Assembly (NCBI GenBank): GCA_021784815.1
Contig: JAJYHK010000016.1
Location: forward strand, 1 to 51,984
Direction of reading: 5' to 3'
Source: a bacterium
GTDB lineage: Bacteria; Patescibacteriota; Minisyncoccia; Phycocordibacterales; Phycocordibacteraceae
DNA length: 51,984 bases
In this document: one piece after another, positions 38,201-46,069 of the stretch
How the letters are laid out: every line of letters begins with the position of its first letter
Position numbering within the stretch: the first letter of the stretch is position 1
Notes under the pieces: generated by a model
The model's input: only the letters and a program-made list of their open reading frames with translations
Database searches by the model: none
Told to the model about the DNA's origin: nothing
Made by a program: the position numbers and the translations under genes

Positions 38201-38897
38201 CTCGGTTGGCCTCTACGACCTCAATGGCCTCTCTCTGACCAAGTACGGCACTAACGGGCAAGGGGGAACCGACGGGGTAGTGGGAGGCCCGGGTCCTGAG
38301 TTCAAGCCGGACACCTCCTGGACGGTTACGGGGGACACGACCATTCTACAGGCGTTCATGCCGTCGTTCACCTACAACCCGAAGCTCGATATGTTTGTCG
38401 CATGGGCTGGTACGGACAAGTTCTACTTCATTAAGCTCGACTACGCTACGAAAACGGCGAACATCATCTCCAAGCACATTCCCGGCGGCCCGACGACGTA
38501 CGACGGCTACGGCGGTCTTGCGGGGCACCTCATCTACATCCCGAGTCTCGATGAATATCTCGTGTTTACCGGTATCAGCAACGACTTCTACTTGCTCGTG
38601 CCGCCCAGCTCGAGTACGGCGATGAACGCGGTGCAGAACGGCGTCCAGCTCGCATCCGGACTCATGTCATTCCCGTCGCTCAATCAAAGCCTCTCTCTGA
38701 ACTCCACGGGCATCCAAGTGAACGTGCTCCAGCAGATACTCAAGCGCTTGGGGCTCTTTGTGGGTAATACGACCAACTACTTCGGTCCGAAGACTAAGGC
38801 CGCAGTCGAGCTCTTTCAGCTTCGCAACGGCATCGACCCGATTGGCATCGTGGGCCCGCAGACGCGCAAGGCGCTTGGCGCGCTGCTTCTAGAGTAG
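35205..38897 (+). CDS. Large secreted protein: PG-binding, Ig-like, right-handed beta-helix, Ig-like, propeller-like and PG-binding domains
   Basis: Signal peptide; GYFGPLTEQAV and YFGPKTKAAV PG_binding_1 motifs; Asn-rich beta-helix region. Confidence 0.85.
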   Translation: MYKKIVLVCTVLAFSVPFAASAALSQDQISAILSILRAFGVSQSVMANVEAALNGQPGNGGTGQTCLDLSYNLYAGQTDNSTEGEVSKLQQFLGVIPTGYFGPLTEQAVERYQSSHGIVSSGSPDTTGYGFVGPQTRTAMACASPSDQNNNQNQPTQPTVTLTASPAVITAGQSTTLAWSSTNATSCTGTGFSASGTSGSVSVSPSANTTYSMSCSGAGGSAQARAAVIVTTESTQPGIVNNPITDVRHIIPAFNPALDAVQAPSGFGTGQIWHVGPTEQYKSFGAIAGQLKDGDIVEIDAATYKCGTDQSIVWYAKYITVVGVGGRPVFDASGCDLSGDKGIFNPRGDNYIIANIEFMGAHGPSGNDAGIRSDMGGYVYLTDDYFHDNQNGLLFTPGDGATTNLVIDHSEFNHNGSGSGYTHNIYVSLEPHSFVLRFSYSHDAVVGHEVKSRADNNYILYNRIADESSGTASYDIDLPQGGLSYIIGNVIQKSPQAQNGSNITFSVEAPIAHTNPIQEIYIVNNTIVNEDSTPSYRHALFITDNGLTAARFVNNLVVGIPQSQLFTGTGAAKVQASNNVVTDTPGFYDEANRIYLLTANSPAVNAGIDPGTARGFSLAPQYEFALPHDGIPRPVSGALDAGAYEYVAGQTVTPAPTVTFTAAQTSIAFNTPATLTWSTTNATYCTAEGSWQGSQATSGSYTSPALTSNATFALSCTGPSGTVSAAPITITVNDSAQAQALGTYTWKDISNSALVSQCPDPSKFPGISGSEGCVGDLGMTTGVYVPDTNSVYFMGGSESYHYYGNEVYAFNLNTMQPERVTDPTIPADTTEYFDNSANIYTPPYTLAACSRALNLKDGSIARAVDGVVGEAAWDPIIKKIVVGPGGYQRQTGCTNQGGNATDLWTFDPFTKTWAQVAPPDLAFQTVSNVPFFVDPVTGLAYSGGGNRNVSPVGAYLIDLSSTSPTKAIVDNTWPFSATGAVAVDTTHHYALQLIQGSPGSVGLYDLNGLSLTKYGTNGQGGTDGVVGGPGPEFKPDTSWTVTGDTTILQAFMPSFTYNPKLDMFVAWAGTDKFYFIKLDYATKTANIISKHIPGGPTTYDGYGGLAGHLIYIPSLDEYLVFTGISNDFYLLVPPSSSTAMNAVQNGVQLASGLMSFPSLNQSLSLNSTGIQVNVLQQILKRLGLFVGNTTNYFGPKTKAAVELFQLRNGIDPIGIVGPQTRKALGALLLE

Positions 38898-38920
38898 TGC
38901 GCAGAGGAAGCTGTGGGCTA

Positions 38921-38958
38921 GTAAAACAGCCCCGGCCGCGCGGCCGGGGCTGTTTTAC
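38921..38958. terminator. Bidirectional terminator (perfect 38-bp palindrome)
   Basis: GTAAAACAGCCCCGGCCGC/GCGGCCGGGGCTGTTTTAC between convergent genes. Confidence 0.8.
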
Positions 38959-38964
38959 ACGCTC

Positions 38965-39543
38965 TTATCGCGCCTTTTCGACGCGTTCGGTGTACGTGCT
39001 GTCCTCGGTGTTGATCCGGATAATGTCGCCGGCATTAATGAAGAGAGGGACGTTCACGGTGGCACCGGTCGCGACTTTCACCGGCTTGTTGCCGCCGGTC
39101 GCGCTGTCGCCTTTCACGTTCGGAGGCGCTTCGATCACCTCTAAGTCGACCTTCACGGGGATGTTGATCGTGATCGGCGTAGCTTCGAAGGTCGTCACTT
39201 CCGTGGTGGCATTCGGCGCGAGCCACTGCACTTTGTCATGCACGGTCTCCTCGGGGAAGGAGAAGCGGTTCTTCGGATCCGCTTCCTCGCAGAACCAGCT
39301 TTCGCCGCGGTTGGTGTAGAGGTACTTCGCGCTCATCTTGCCAACATCGGCCTCGTTCGCGGTCTCATTTTGGTGGAAAGAGGTCTCGATGACCTTGCCG
39401 GAAATAAGGTTGCGCAGCTTGGTCTGGTTCACGGGCTTACGCATCTGCATGCGGAATACGTGGGACGAGAGTACCTCATAGGGCTCGCCGTTATAAATGA
39501 TCACGGTTTTAGGGACGATTTCGTTATACGAGAGGACGGCCAT
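38965..39543 (-). CDS. efp: Translation elongation factor P
   Basis: PPNVKGDSA, KPVKVATG and VPLFINAGDIIRINT. Confidence 0.93.
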   Translation of the reverse strand: MAVLSYNEIVPKTVIIYNGEPYEVLSSHVFRMQMRKPVNQTKLRNLISGKVIETSFHQNETANEADVGKMSAKYLYTNRGESWFCEEADPKNRFSFPEETVHDKVQWLAPNATTEVTTFEATPITINIPVKVDLEVIEAPPNVKGDSATGGNKPVKVATGATVNVPLFINAGDIIRINTEDSTYTERVEKAR

Positions 39544-39617
39544 AGCTTGAAACTAAAAGCGCTCGAGGGCGGTTATAAAAAGTGCCGCATGGGGCGGATG
39601 AGCGTATGATACAAGGC

Positions 39618-40199
39618 GTGGTGGCTTTTTCAACTATCGAGGATGTTTCGGCCCTTTCGGACGCCGAACTGTTGGCGCGTTCGTGCAAGGAGCCGGAGCT
39701 CTTCGCGCGGCTCGTTCGCCGCTATGAGGCGCCCTTTTTACGCCGTGCGAAGGCCATTCTTTTCGATGGCGAAGAGGCAAAAGAGGTGGTTCAGGACGCC
39801 TTCACGAAACTCTACGTGTATGCCGATCGGTATAAGCCGCAGGAAGGAGTCTCTTTCTCGGCGTGGGCGTACACCGTGCTCAATCGTGTCGCCTATACCC
39901 GCTACCAGGCGCTCCGGCGCCGGAATGCCAAGCGAGCCCCGCTTGAGCCGGAGCACTACGAATCGCTGCCCGACGACCAGGCGAACTTCTTCGAGGGTCT
40001 CTCGATCCGCAACGAAGTGCTTGCCGGACTCGCGAAGCTTCCGGAAGCCGCCGCTCGCGTCCTTCGGTTGCAATTCTTCGAGGGGAAGACCCAGGAAGAG
40101 ATTGCTGAGCAAGAGGGTTTGTCCGTTTCTGCGGTGAAGACACGGGTGCACCGCGCAAAAAGACTTTTTAAGAAAACATACACTAAGCACCATGACTGA
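39618..40199 (+). CDS. ECF RNA polymerase sigma factor
   Basis: EVVQDAF, FSAWAY and region 4 EIAEQEGLSVSAVKTRVHRAK; start may be 39606. Confidence 0.92.
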   Translation: MVAFSTIEDVSALSDAELLARSCKEPELFARLVRRYEAPFLRRAKAILFDGEEAKEVVQDAFTKLYVYADRYKPQEGVSFSAWAYTVLNRVAYTRYQALRRRNAKRAPLEPEHYESLPDDQANFFEGLSIRNEVLAGLAKLPEAAARVLRLQFFEGKTQEEIAEQEGLSVSAVKTRVHRAKRLFKKTYTKHHD

Positions 40200-40518
40200 A
40201 TCGTCGGACATTGAGTATATCGTCATGCGACGGGTGCGCAGGGTGCGTGCGTTGCGTCCATTCTTGTCCGGGACGGCGTTTGCTGCGCTCGTGCTTACGC
40301 TTGCGCTTTGGGCGATTGGTAGGGAGGTGTGGGTTGCTCGCGTGTTTGAAAACGGACCCCATTCTTGGGTGGGACACACCGAATATCTTGCATACGCGTT
40401 CGAACATACGCGCGTCATCGTCCAGGCACTCACGCTTACCGTGCTCGCGGCAGGGCTCTACCTCGCGCGCGCTGCTGCGCGCCGGCTCGTGCACGGGCTT
40501 GAGGCGGCTATCGCGTAG
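40192..40518 (+). CDS. Small two-TM membrane protein, candidate anti-sigma factor
   Basis: Overlaps the sigma factor stop; two hydrophobic helices. Confidence 0.6.
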   Translation: MTESSDIEYIVMRRVRRVRALRPFLSGTAFAALVLTLALWAIGREVWVARVFENGPHSWVGHTEYLAYAFEHTRVIVQALTLTVLAAGLYLARAAARRLVHGLEAAIA

Positions 40519-40876
40519 CGACGGCAGGCGAAACGCATGACCCTCGCGTGCACTGACGGCCATGCGTTTCGGGAGGCTCCCATGCCGTATACCGTACTAC
40601 TCCTCAGCCGGTTCAGGAACACTCGGATTGCCCCGAACGGCCGGGACTGGTTCGGCAAGCCCAAGCTCTTCTTCAATCATGCGGTAGGTGAGCGTCGGCT
40701 CTCGCGGGCCGCTCAATTGCCGAGAGCGGCATTCGAGTTCTGTACTGTCTCCACACATACGCATATGGTTGATTATTCCCCGACCGCTCGACCAACTGCG
40801 GCCGTTTACGGCCATAATGCCGCACGCGTAGTGAGGCGCCCATGAACAAGGAAGTCGTCAGTGGGGGCGCTGGAGG

Positions 40877-41923
40877 CTAGCTCTGCGCAAGCTTCTCGCT
40901 GATCTGCTTACTGAGCGCCTTGGCGACGTCTTTGTGCTCGCGGAGGAACGTGCGGGTCGCGTCATAGCCGACGGCAAGCTTCTCGTCTCCCATTTTGTAG
41001 GTCGCGCCGCTCTTGGTTATGAGGTCGTACTTCTCGCCGAGCGCGATTAACTCGCCCTCGTGGCTAATGCCTTCGTTGTACAGGAGGTCGAACTCGGTCG
41101 TCTTGAACGGGGCGGCGACCTTGTTCTTCACTACCTTCACACGCACGCGCCCGCCGACTACCTCCTCACCTTTCTTGATCTGCGCGATGCGGCGGATATC
41201 GAGCCGGACCGAGGTGTAGAACTTAAGCGCTTTGCCGCCCGGGGTCGTCTCCGGATTGCCGAACATGACGCCGATCTGCATGCGGATTTGGTTAATGAAT
41301 ATGACGATCGTCGAGCTCCGCGAGACGATGGCGGTGAGCTTGCGGAGCGCCTGGCTCATGAGCCGGGCCTGCTTGCCGACATGCTGCTGGCCCATTTCGC
41401 CCTCGATCTCGTCTTTGGGGGTGAGTGCCGCGACCGAGTCGACCACGATGACGTCCATGTTGCCGCTCCGCACGAGACTCTCAACAATATCGAGTGCCTG
41501 TTCGCCGGTGTCCGGCTGGGAAATGAGGAGTTCCGAGAGCTTCACGCCGATGCGCCGCGCGTACTCCGGATCGAGCGCGTGCTCGGCATCGACGAACGCG
41601 GTAATGCCGCCTTTCGCCTGCGCCTGCGCGATGACGTGGAGCGCAAGCGTCGTCTTGCCGCTCGACTCGGGGCCGAAGATCTCAATGATGCGTCCACGGG
41701 GGAGACCGCCCACGCCGAGCGCACTGTCGAGGCCCATCGAGCCGGTCGGGATCGAGGGGATTTTCTCAGTCTTGCCTTCTCCGAAAGTGGTGATGGCTTC
41801 GTCGCCGAATTTGGTGCGGATTTCCTTGAGCGCGAGCTCAATCGACTTCTGACGGCTGTCGCGATCGGTGGCGGCTTCGCCGATTTCTTTCAACGGTTTT
41901 GCGATTTTCTTTTTTACGGGCAT
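40877..41923 (-). CDS. recA: Recombinase A
   Basis: [32 protein letters not shown] and GGKALKFY. Confidence 0.98.
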   Translation of the reverse strand: MPVKKKIAKPLKEIGEAATDRDSRQKSIELALKEIRTKFGDEAITTFGEGKTEKIPSIPTGSMGLDSALGVGGLPRGRIIEIFGPESSGKTTLALHVIAQAQAKGGITAFVDAEHALDPEYARRIGVKLSELLISQPDTGEQALDIVESLVRSGNMDVIVVDSVAALTPKDEIEGEMGQQHVGKQARLMSQALRKLTAIVSRSSTIVIFINQIRMQIGVMFGNPETTPGGKALKFYTSVRLDIRRIAQIKKGEEVVGGRVRVKVVKNKVAAPFKTTEFDLLYNEGISHEGELIALGEKYDLITKSGATYKMGDEKLAVGYDATRTFLREHKDVAKALSKQISEKLAQS

Positions 41924-41933
41924 ACGAGAGTGG

Positions 41934-42263
41934 TTAGTTAGTTTGCGGCACAAAGATCTGTCGGGTCTCGGTAACGGTCCTGCCGAACCGATCCGTGGCG
42001 GTGAAGGTCAGTATAGAGCTCCCTTGAGGGAGGGCGATGGTCTCTGAAAAGGACCCGTTCGTATCGGGAATGACCGGCGCACCGTCGATCGTGAGCGCGG
42101 TTGTGTTTGCGGCCTTGCCGGAGATGGTGAGGACGCCGGTTGCGATCGCGGTGTCATTCGTGGGGAAGGTGATGACGAGTTTTGGGCCGCGCAGGAGCGG
42201 CCAGCCTTCGATGAGGCTGTAGCCGAGGACGATGGCGAGCACGATGCCGAGGGCAGCGCGCAT
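41934..42263 (-). CDS. Small membrane-anchored Ig-like domain protein
   Basis: N-terminal TM segment; GPKLVITFP...ATDRFGR; packed between ftsK and recA. Confidence 0.75.
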   Translation of the reverse strand: MRAALGIVLAIVLGYSLIEGWPLLRGPKLVITFPTNDTAIATGVLTISGKAANTTALTIDGAPVIPDTNGSFSETIALPQGSSILTFTATDRFGRTVTETRQIFVPQTN

Positions 42264-42264
42264 A

Positions 42265-44481
42265 TCAAAAAGCGTCCTCCGGCGGTTCGTTGTCCGCAGG
42301 AACGGCCGCGTCGCCGCGCGAGAGCACCTCGCGGGGCTTCGAGCCATCGGCGGGGCCGATGATGCTCTTAGCCTCGAGTACGTCCATGAGGCGGGCGGCG
42401 CGGCTGTAGCCGATCTTGAGTTTGCGCTGGAGGTAGGAGGTCGAAGCGCGGCCGGCCTCTTCGACCGTCGCTCGCGCGTCCTCGTAGAGGTCGTCGTCGA
42501 CATCATCGTCATCGAGGTCTCCACTCACGAGCCCGATGACGTCGTTAGGTTCCACGTTCGTGCCGCCACCGAGATCGATGCTCAAGAGGTCTCCGGCGTT
42601 GTGGTTCTTTATGTAGCTCGCGAGTTTCTTTACTTCGGTCTCCGAGATGAACGCGGTCTGGAGGCGCACCGGTTTTTGCATATCGCTGCTGAGGTAGAGC
42701 ATGTCGCCGGCCCCAAGGAGGGTCTCAGCCCCGGAGCTGTCGAGGATGGTGCGCGAGTCGATCTGGCTCGCCACCTGGAGCGCCATGCGGGTCGGCACGT
42801 TTGCCTTTATAAGGCCCGTGATGACGTTTACGCTCGGGCGCTGGGTCGAGAGGAGGAGGTGGATGCCGACCGCGCGGCTCATTTGGGCGAGGCGCACGAC
42901 TGAGGCTTCGAGTTCGCGCGGGTAGGTCTGCATGATATCCGCGAGCTCGTCGATAACGATGACGATATATGGCATTGCTTCGGGCAGGTCATCGCCGCCT
43001 TTTTTCTTAGCCGGTTCATAGACGCTTGCGTGGTAGCTCGCGATGTCGCGTACCTGCTCCGTCTCGAGAATGTTGTAGCGGCGCTCCATTTCCTTTGCTG
43101 CCCACTTGAGCGAGAGGATTGCTTTCTTAGGGTCGGTAATGACCGGCGTGAGGAGGTGGGGGATGCCGTTGTAGAGCGTGAGCTCGACGCGCTTCGGGTC
43201 GATCATGATAAAGCGCAACTGGTTGGGATCGTTGCGGTAGAGAAGCGAAGCGACGATCGCGTGGATCGCGACTGATTTACCCGAGCCGGTCGCGCCCGCG
43301 ACGAGGCCGTGCGGCATCTTGGCAATATTCACGTAATGCGGCATGCCGGTGATATCGCGGCCGATAGCGGCAAGGAGCGGCTTGGTGCTGCTCGTCCATT
43401 CGGGGGCGGCAAGGAGTCCGCCGAGACCCACCATCGCTTTGACCGAGTTCGGCACCTCGATACCGACAAGCGACTTACCCGGGATCGGCGCTTCGATGCG
43501 TACCGGGTGCGCGGCGAGCGCGAGCTCAAGGTTGCTCGCGAGCGAGACGATCTTGGAGAGGCGGACGCCCTCGGCGGGCTTTACCGCGTAGCGCGTGACG
43601 GTCGGGCCGACGGAGACCTCGTCCATCTCGACACTGATGCCGAAGTTCTGGAAGGTGCGCTTGATGATGTTTGCGTTCGCGCGTATGTCGCCGGTGCCCG
43701 GCTTGCCTTTGTCCGTCCCGAGAATCGAGAGCGGCGGCGCCTCGTACTCTGCGCTGAAGTTCGTGATGCCCTGCGAGCGTTCGACCCCCTCGCTACGATT
43801 AAAAACGGTGACGACCGGTTCACACTCAGGCGTCGCCGTCACGAGTGCGTGTGCCGGCTCGTCTTCGTCAGGTGTTTCGTCCGGCTCTGTGTGCGGTGCT
43901 ATGCTGGTGTGCACGGCGAAGTCTCTATCTTCCTGCTCGTTTGCATCCCCGTAATCGCGGCGCGCCCGGAGCTGTTCTCGGAATCGGCGCGCCCGCTCGC
44001 TCAGGAATACGCCAACCGCCTCTATGTCGCTCACGATAGCAAGGCCGATCGCTATGATCGCGACGAGCAATACGAGCGCGCCCCAGAAGCCAAAGAAACC
44101 CTCGAGCGCGCTGCCGGCCCAAGTGCCCGCCTCGCCGCCGAAACGCGTACCGGGAAAGATGCCGGCGAAGGAGAGTACCGCGGCGGCAATAAGGATGATG
44201 CCCGAGGTGGCGAGCGGTTCAAAGAGCGTCAGGCGCAGTCCCGCGTAGACTCCGACCGCAATGAGCGCGAGCGGCAGTGCAAAGGCGCCGACGCCGACGA
44301 CCGCATAGCTCGCCTGGTAGGCGGCCGTGCCGACCGGACCAGCCGCACCAAAAATGGCGAGGAGGAAGAGGACGCCCGCTGCAAGGAGCACTACCGCAGA
44401 GGCGTAGCGGATGAGCGCGTCATAGCTCCGCACTTCTCGCTCCTTACGCGCTTTTGCGTTTTTCCCGTTCTTGCGACTCAT
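42265..44481 (-). CDS. ftsK: DNA translocase FtsK/SpoIIIE
   Basis: N-terminal TM segments, GATGSGKS, MIDPKRVEL, IDELAD and gamma domain STSYLQRKLKIGYSRAARL. Confidence 0.97.
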   Translation of the reverse strand: MSRKNGKNAKARKEREVRSYDALIRYASAVVLLAAGVLFLLAIFGAAGPVGTAAYQASYAVVGVGAFALPLALIAVGVYAGLRLTLFEPLATSGIILIAAAVLSFAGIFPGTRFGGEAGTWAGSALEGFFGFWGALVLLVAIIAIGLAIVSDIEAVGVFLSERARRFREQLRARRDYGDANEQEDRDFAVHTSIAPHTEPDETPDEDEPAHALVTATPECEPVVTVFNRSEGVERSQGITNFSAEYEAPPLSILGTDKGKPGTGDIRANANIIKRTFQNFGISVEMDEVSVGPTVTRYAVKPAEGVRLSKIVSLASNLELALAAHPVRIEAPIPGKSLVGIEVPNSVKAMVGLGGLLAAPEWTSSTKPLLAAIGRDITGMPHYVNIAKMPHGLVAGATGSGKSVAIHAIVASLLYRNDPNQLRFIMIDPKRVELTLYNGIPHLLTPVITDPKKAILSLKWAAKEMERRYNILETEQVRDIASYHASVYEPAKKKGGDDLPEAMPYIVIVIDELADIMQTYPRELEASVVRLAQMSRAVGIHLLLSTQRPSVNVITGLIKANVPTRMALQVASQIDSRTILDSSGAETLLGAGDMLYLSSDMQKPVRLQTAFISETEVKKLASYIKNHNAGDLLSIDLGGGTNVEPNDVIGLVSGDLDDDDVDDDLYEDARATVEEAGRASTSYLQRKLKIGYSRAARLMDVLEAKSIIGPADGSKPREVLSRGDAAVPADNEPPEDAF

Positions 44482-44563
44482 GACGGATTCATTGTATCAC
44501 CGAGTGATTTACTCTGTTTTTTCAATGCTTGCGGACATGGCGCGACCCCGTATACTGTCCGAT

Positions 44564-45403
44564 ATGGCTATGAGACAAGATCGGTCGGCAAACAAAAATA
44601 CGTCCGATACACGAATGTCTGAGACACGAACGCGAGAAGGAAATGGTAGTGATTTTGTCCTAGAAAAAAACATATTTTCAAATATTTTTGAAAAGGACAT
44701 ACGGCGTATATTCATATACAAGAAGGCGGAGCGCCTTGCGAAAGCCATTCATATGGTCTCGCCTGCTTTTGCCGACTCCGCTTCGTTGCGCAACCGCATT
44801 GACGCGATCGCGGTGGGTCTCATTGATGCGGCGGTCCGCTCGAGCGCGGCCGCGCGTACGGCGCTGTCGCGCGAGCTCTTGGCACTTTCGAGCGTGTTGT
44901 CGATCGCGCAGGCGAGCGGACTGCTCTCCATAATGAACGCCGACCTCATTGCCCGGGAGGCGCAGACGCTGCTCCAGGAAGTCGCCGCTTACGAAGAGCC
45001 GCGGCTTTTTTTGGATGAGGCGCCGACGATCGCGAGCATCGCGAAGAACGCGCCGCACGATGCATCGCGGCATGCGCCCCAGCGCGTGCATGGCGAACCC
45101 CGCGCCGCGCTACAGGGGCGTGCCTCTGGAGCGGCAGGTGCCGCCACCGTCCCTCCGGTGGGCGTGCCGCGCCCGGTGCCCGGCAGTGCTGATAAAGGAC
45201 ATTTCGAAGCGCATATTAAGGACAGACGTGATGCGGTGCTTGCGGTCATCCGAGAAAAGGGGGAGGCGAGTATAAAAGACATTTCGACACGATTCAGAGA
45301 CATATCAGAGAAGACGATTCAGCGAGAGCTTGTGGCGCTCGTGCAGTCGGGGGTTCTTGGTAAGCGCGGCGAGCGTCGCTGGAGCGTGTACTACGTGGCC
45401 TAG
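44564..45403 (+). CDS. N-terminal four-helix-bundle-like domain plus C-terminal winged-helix (DeoR-like) DNA-binding domain
   Basis: YKKAERLAKAIHMV helical domain; SIKDISTRFRDISEKTIQRELVALV wHTH; start chosen 7 nt after TATACT. Confidence 0.8.
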   Translation: MAMRQDRSANKNTSDTRMSETRTREGNGSDFVLEKNIFSNIFEKDIRRIFIYKKAERLAKAIHMVSPAFADSASLRNRIDAIAVGLIDAAVRSSAAARTALSRELLALSSVLSIAQASGLLSIMNADLIAREAQTLLQEVAAYEEPRLFLDEAPTIASIAKNAPHDASRHAPQRVHGEPRAALQGRASGAAGAATVPPVGVPRPVPGSADKGHFEAHIKDRRDAVLAVIREKGEASIKDISTRFRDISEKTIQRELVALVQSGVLGKRGERRWSVYYVA

Positions 45404-45703
45404 AGGTTTAAAAGGACAAAGACAAACCCGTTTCGGTTCATCGTAAAAGACACTGTCGACGCTCGTCTTTTGCTCGAAAATGAGCGTCCCGCTCGCTTAG
45501 CCGCAGCCGCTAGGCGCAGGCCGTTTTAGGCGGCGCGACGATTCAGCGGCGCCTTGTGCTGAAGGCGAGGCGCTCTCGTCGTTAGCGGGTAAGTTTTGAC
45601 GAGGCCGCCCGTCTCTGCTAATGTGCCGCGTGTGATAGCGACTGGGGTATAGGGGCGACTACGCGGCCGGTAACGGTCTCTTTTTCGTACCAAAACCTAG
45701 TTG

Positions 45704-45712
45704 TTATCCACA
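45704..45712 (+). promoter_or_regulatory. Consensus DnaA box
   Basis: TTATCCACA, a single intergenic copy. Confidence 0.45.
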
Positions 45713-45756
45713 TGGAGGCCAGGGAAGGGGAAGTTCACGCAAGCTATACTTTACCC

Positions 45757-46069
45757 AGTCCTTACGGGGACTTCCGATTCTCGGAGGGGCACTTTGATAA
45801 CTGAATAGCGCCGAGCACCACTTTTACGGCGCGACGCGGGAGTAGGACGCCGGTCGTCATGCTTTCGTTAATGAAGAGCCATTTTCACGAGAGGTGAAAG
45901 TGGCGTTAGGTCGTGCGGTGAAAGTGGTGCTCGGCACCAACCTTGCCAGCTAGCCCATTCCGCGCTGGTCGATACCGCGCGGGGTGGGATAGTGTGAACC
46001 TGAAACGGTGCGATGTGCGAATACGAAATTCGGATTATCACGGGCTCTTAAAAATACTTATTAATTGGT
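45757..46069 (+). ncRNA. Candidate structured 5' leader RNA of the S-layer-like gene
   Basis: TATACT at 45745-45750; boxA-like element; 18-bp stem 45810-45827/45918-45935 and further hairpins. Confidence 0.55.

Noticed and set aside
40537-40845. Small ORFs between the anti-sigma candidate and recA
   Set aside because: Overlapping candidates on both strands with no motifs or clear signals
44700-45000. Diversity-generating retroelement (Avd-like helix bundle)
   Set aside because: No reverse transcriptase or template/variable repeat pair in the window
45404-46069. oriC
   Set aside because: One DnaA box, no clear AT-rich unwinding element and no dnaA/dnaN nearby
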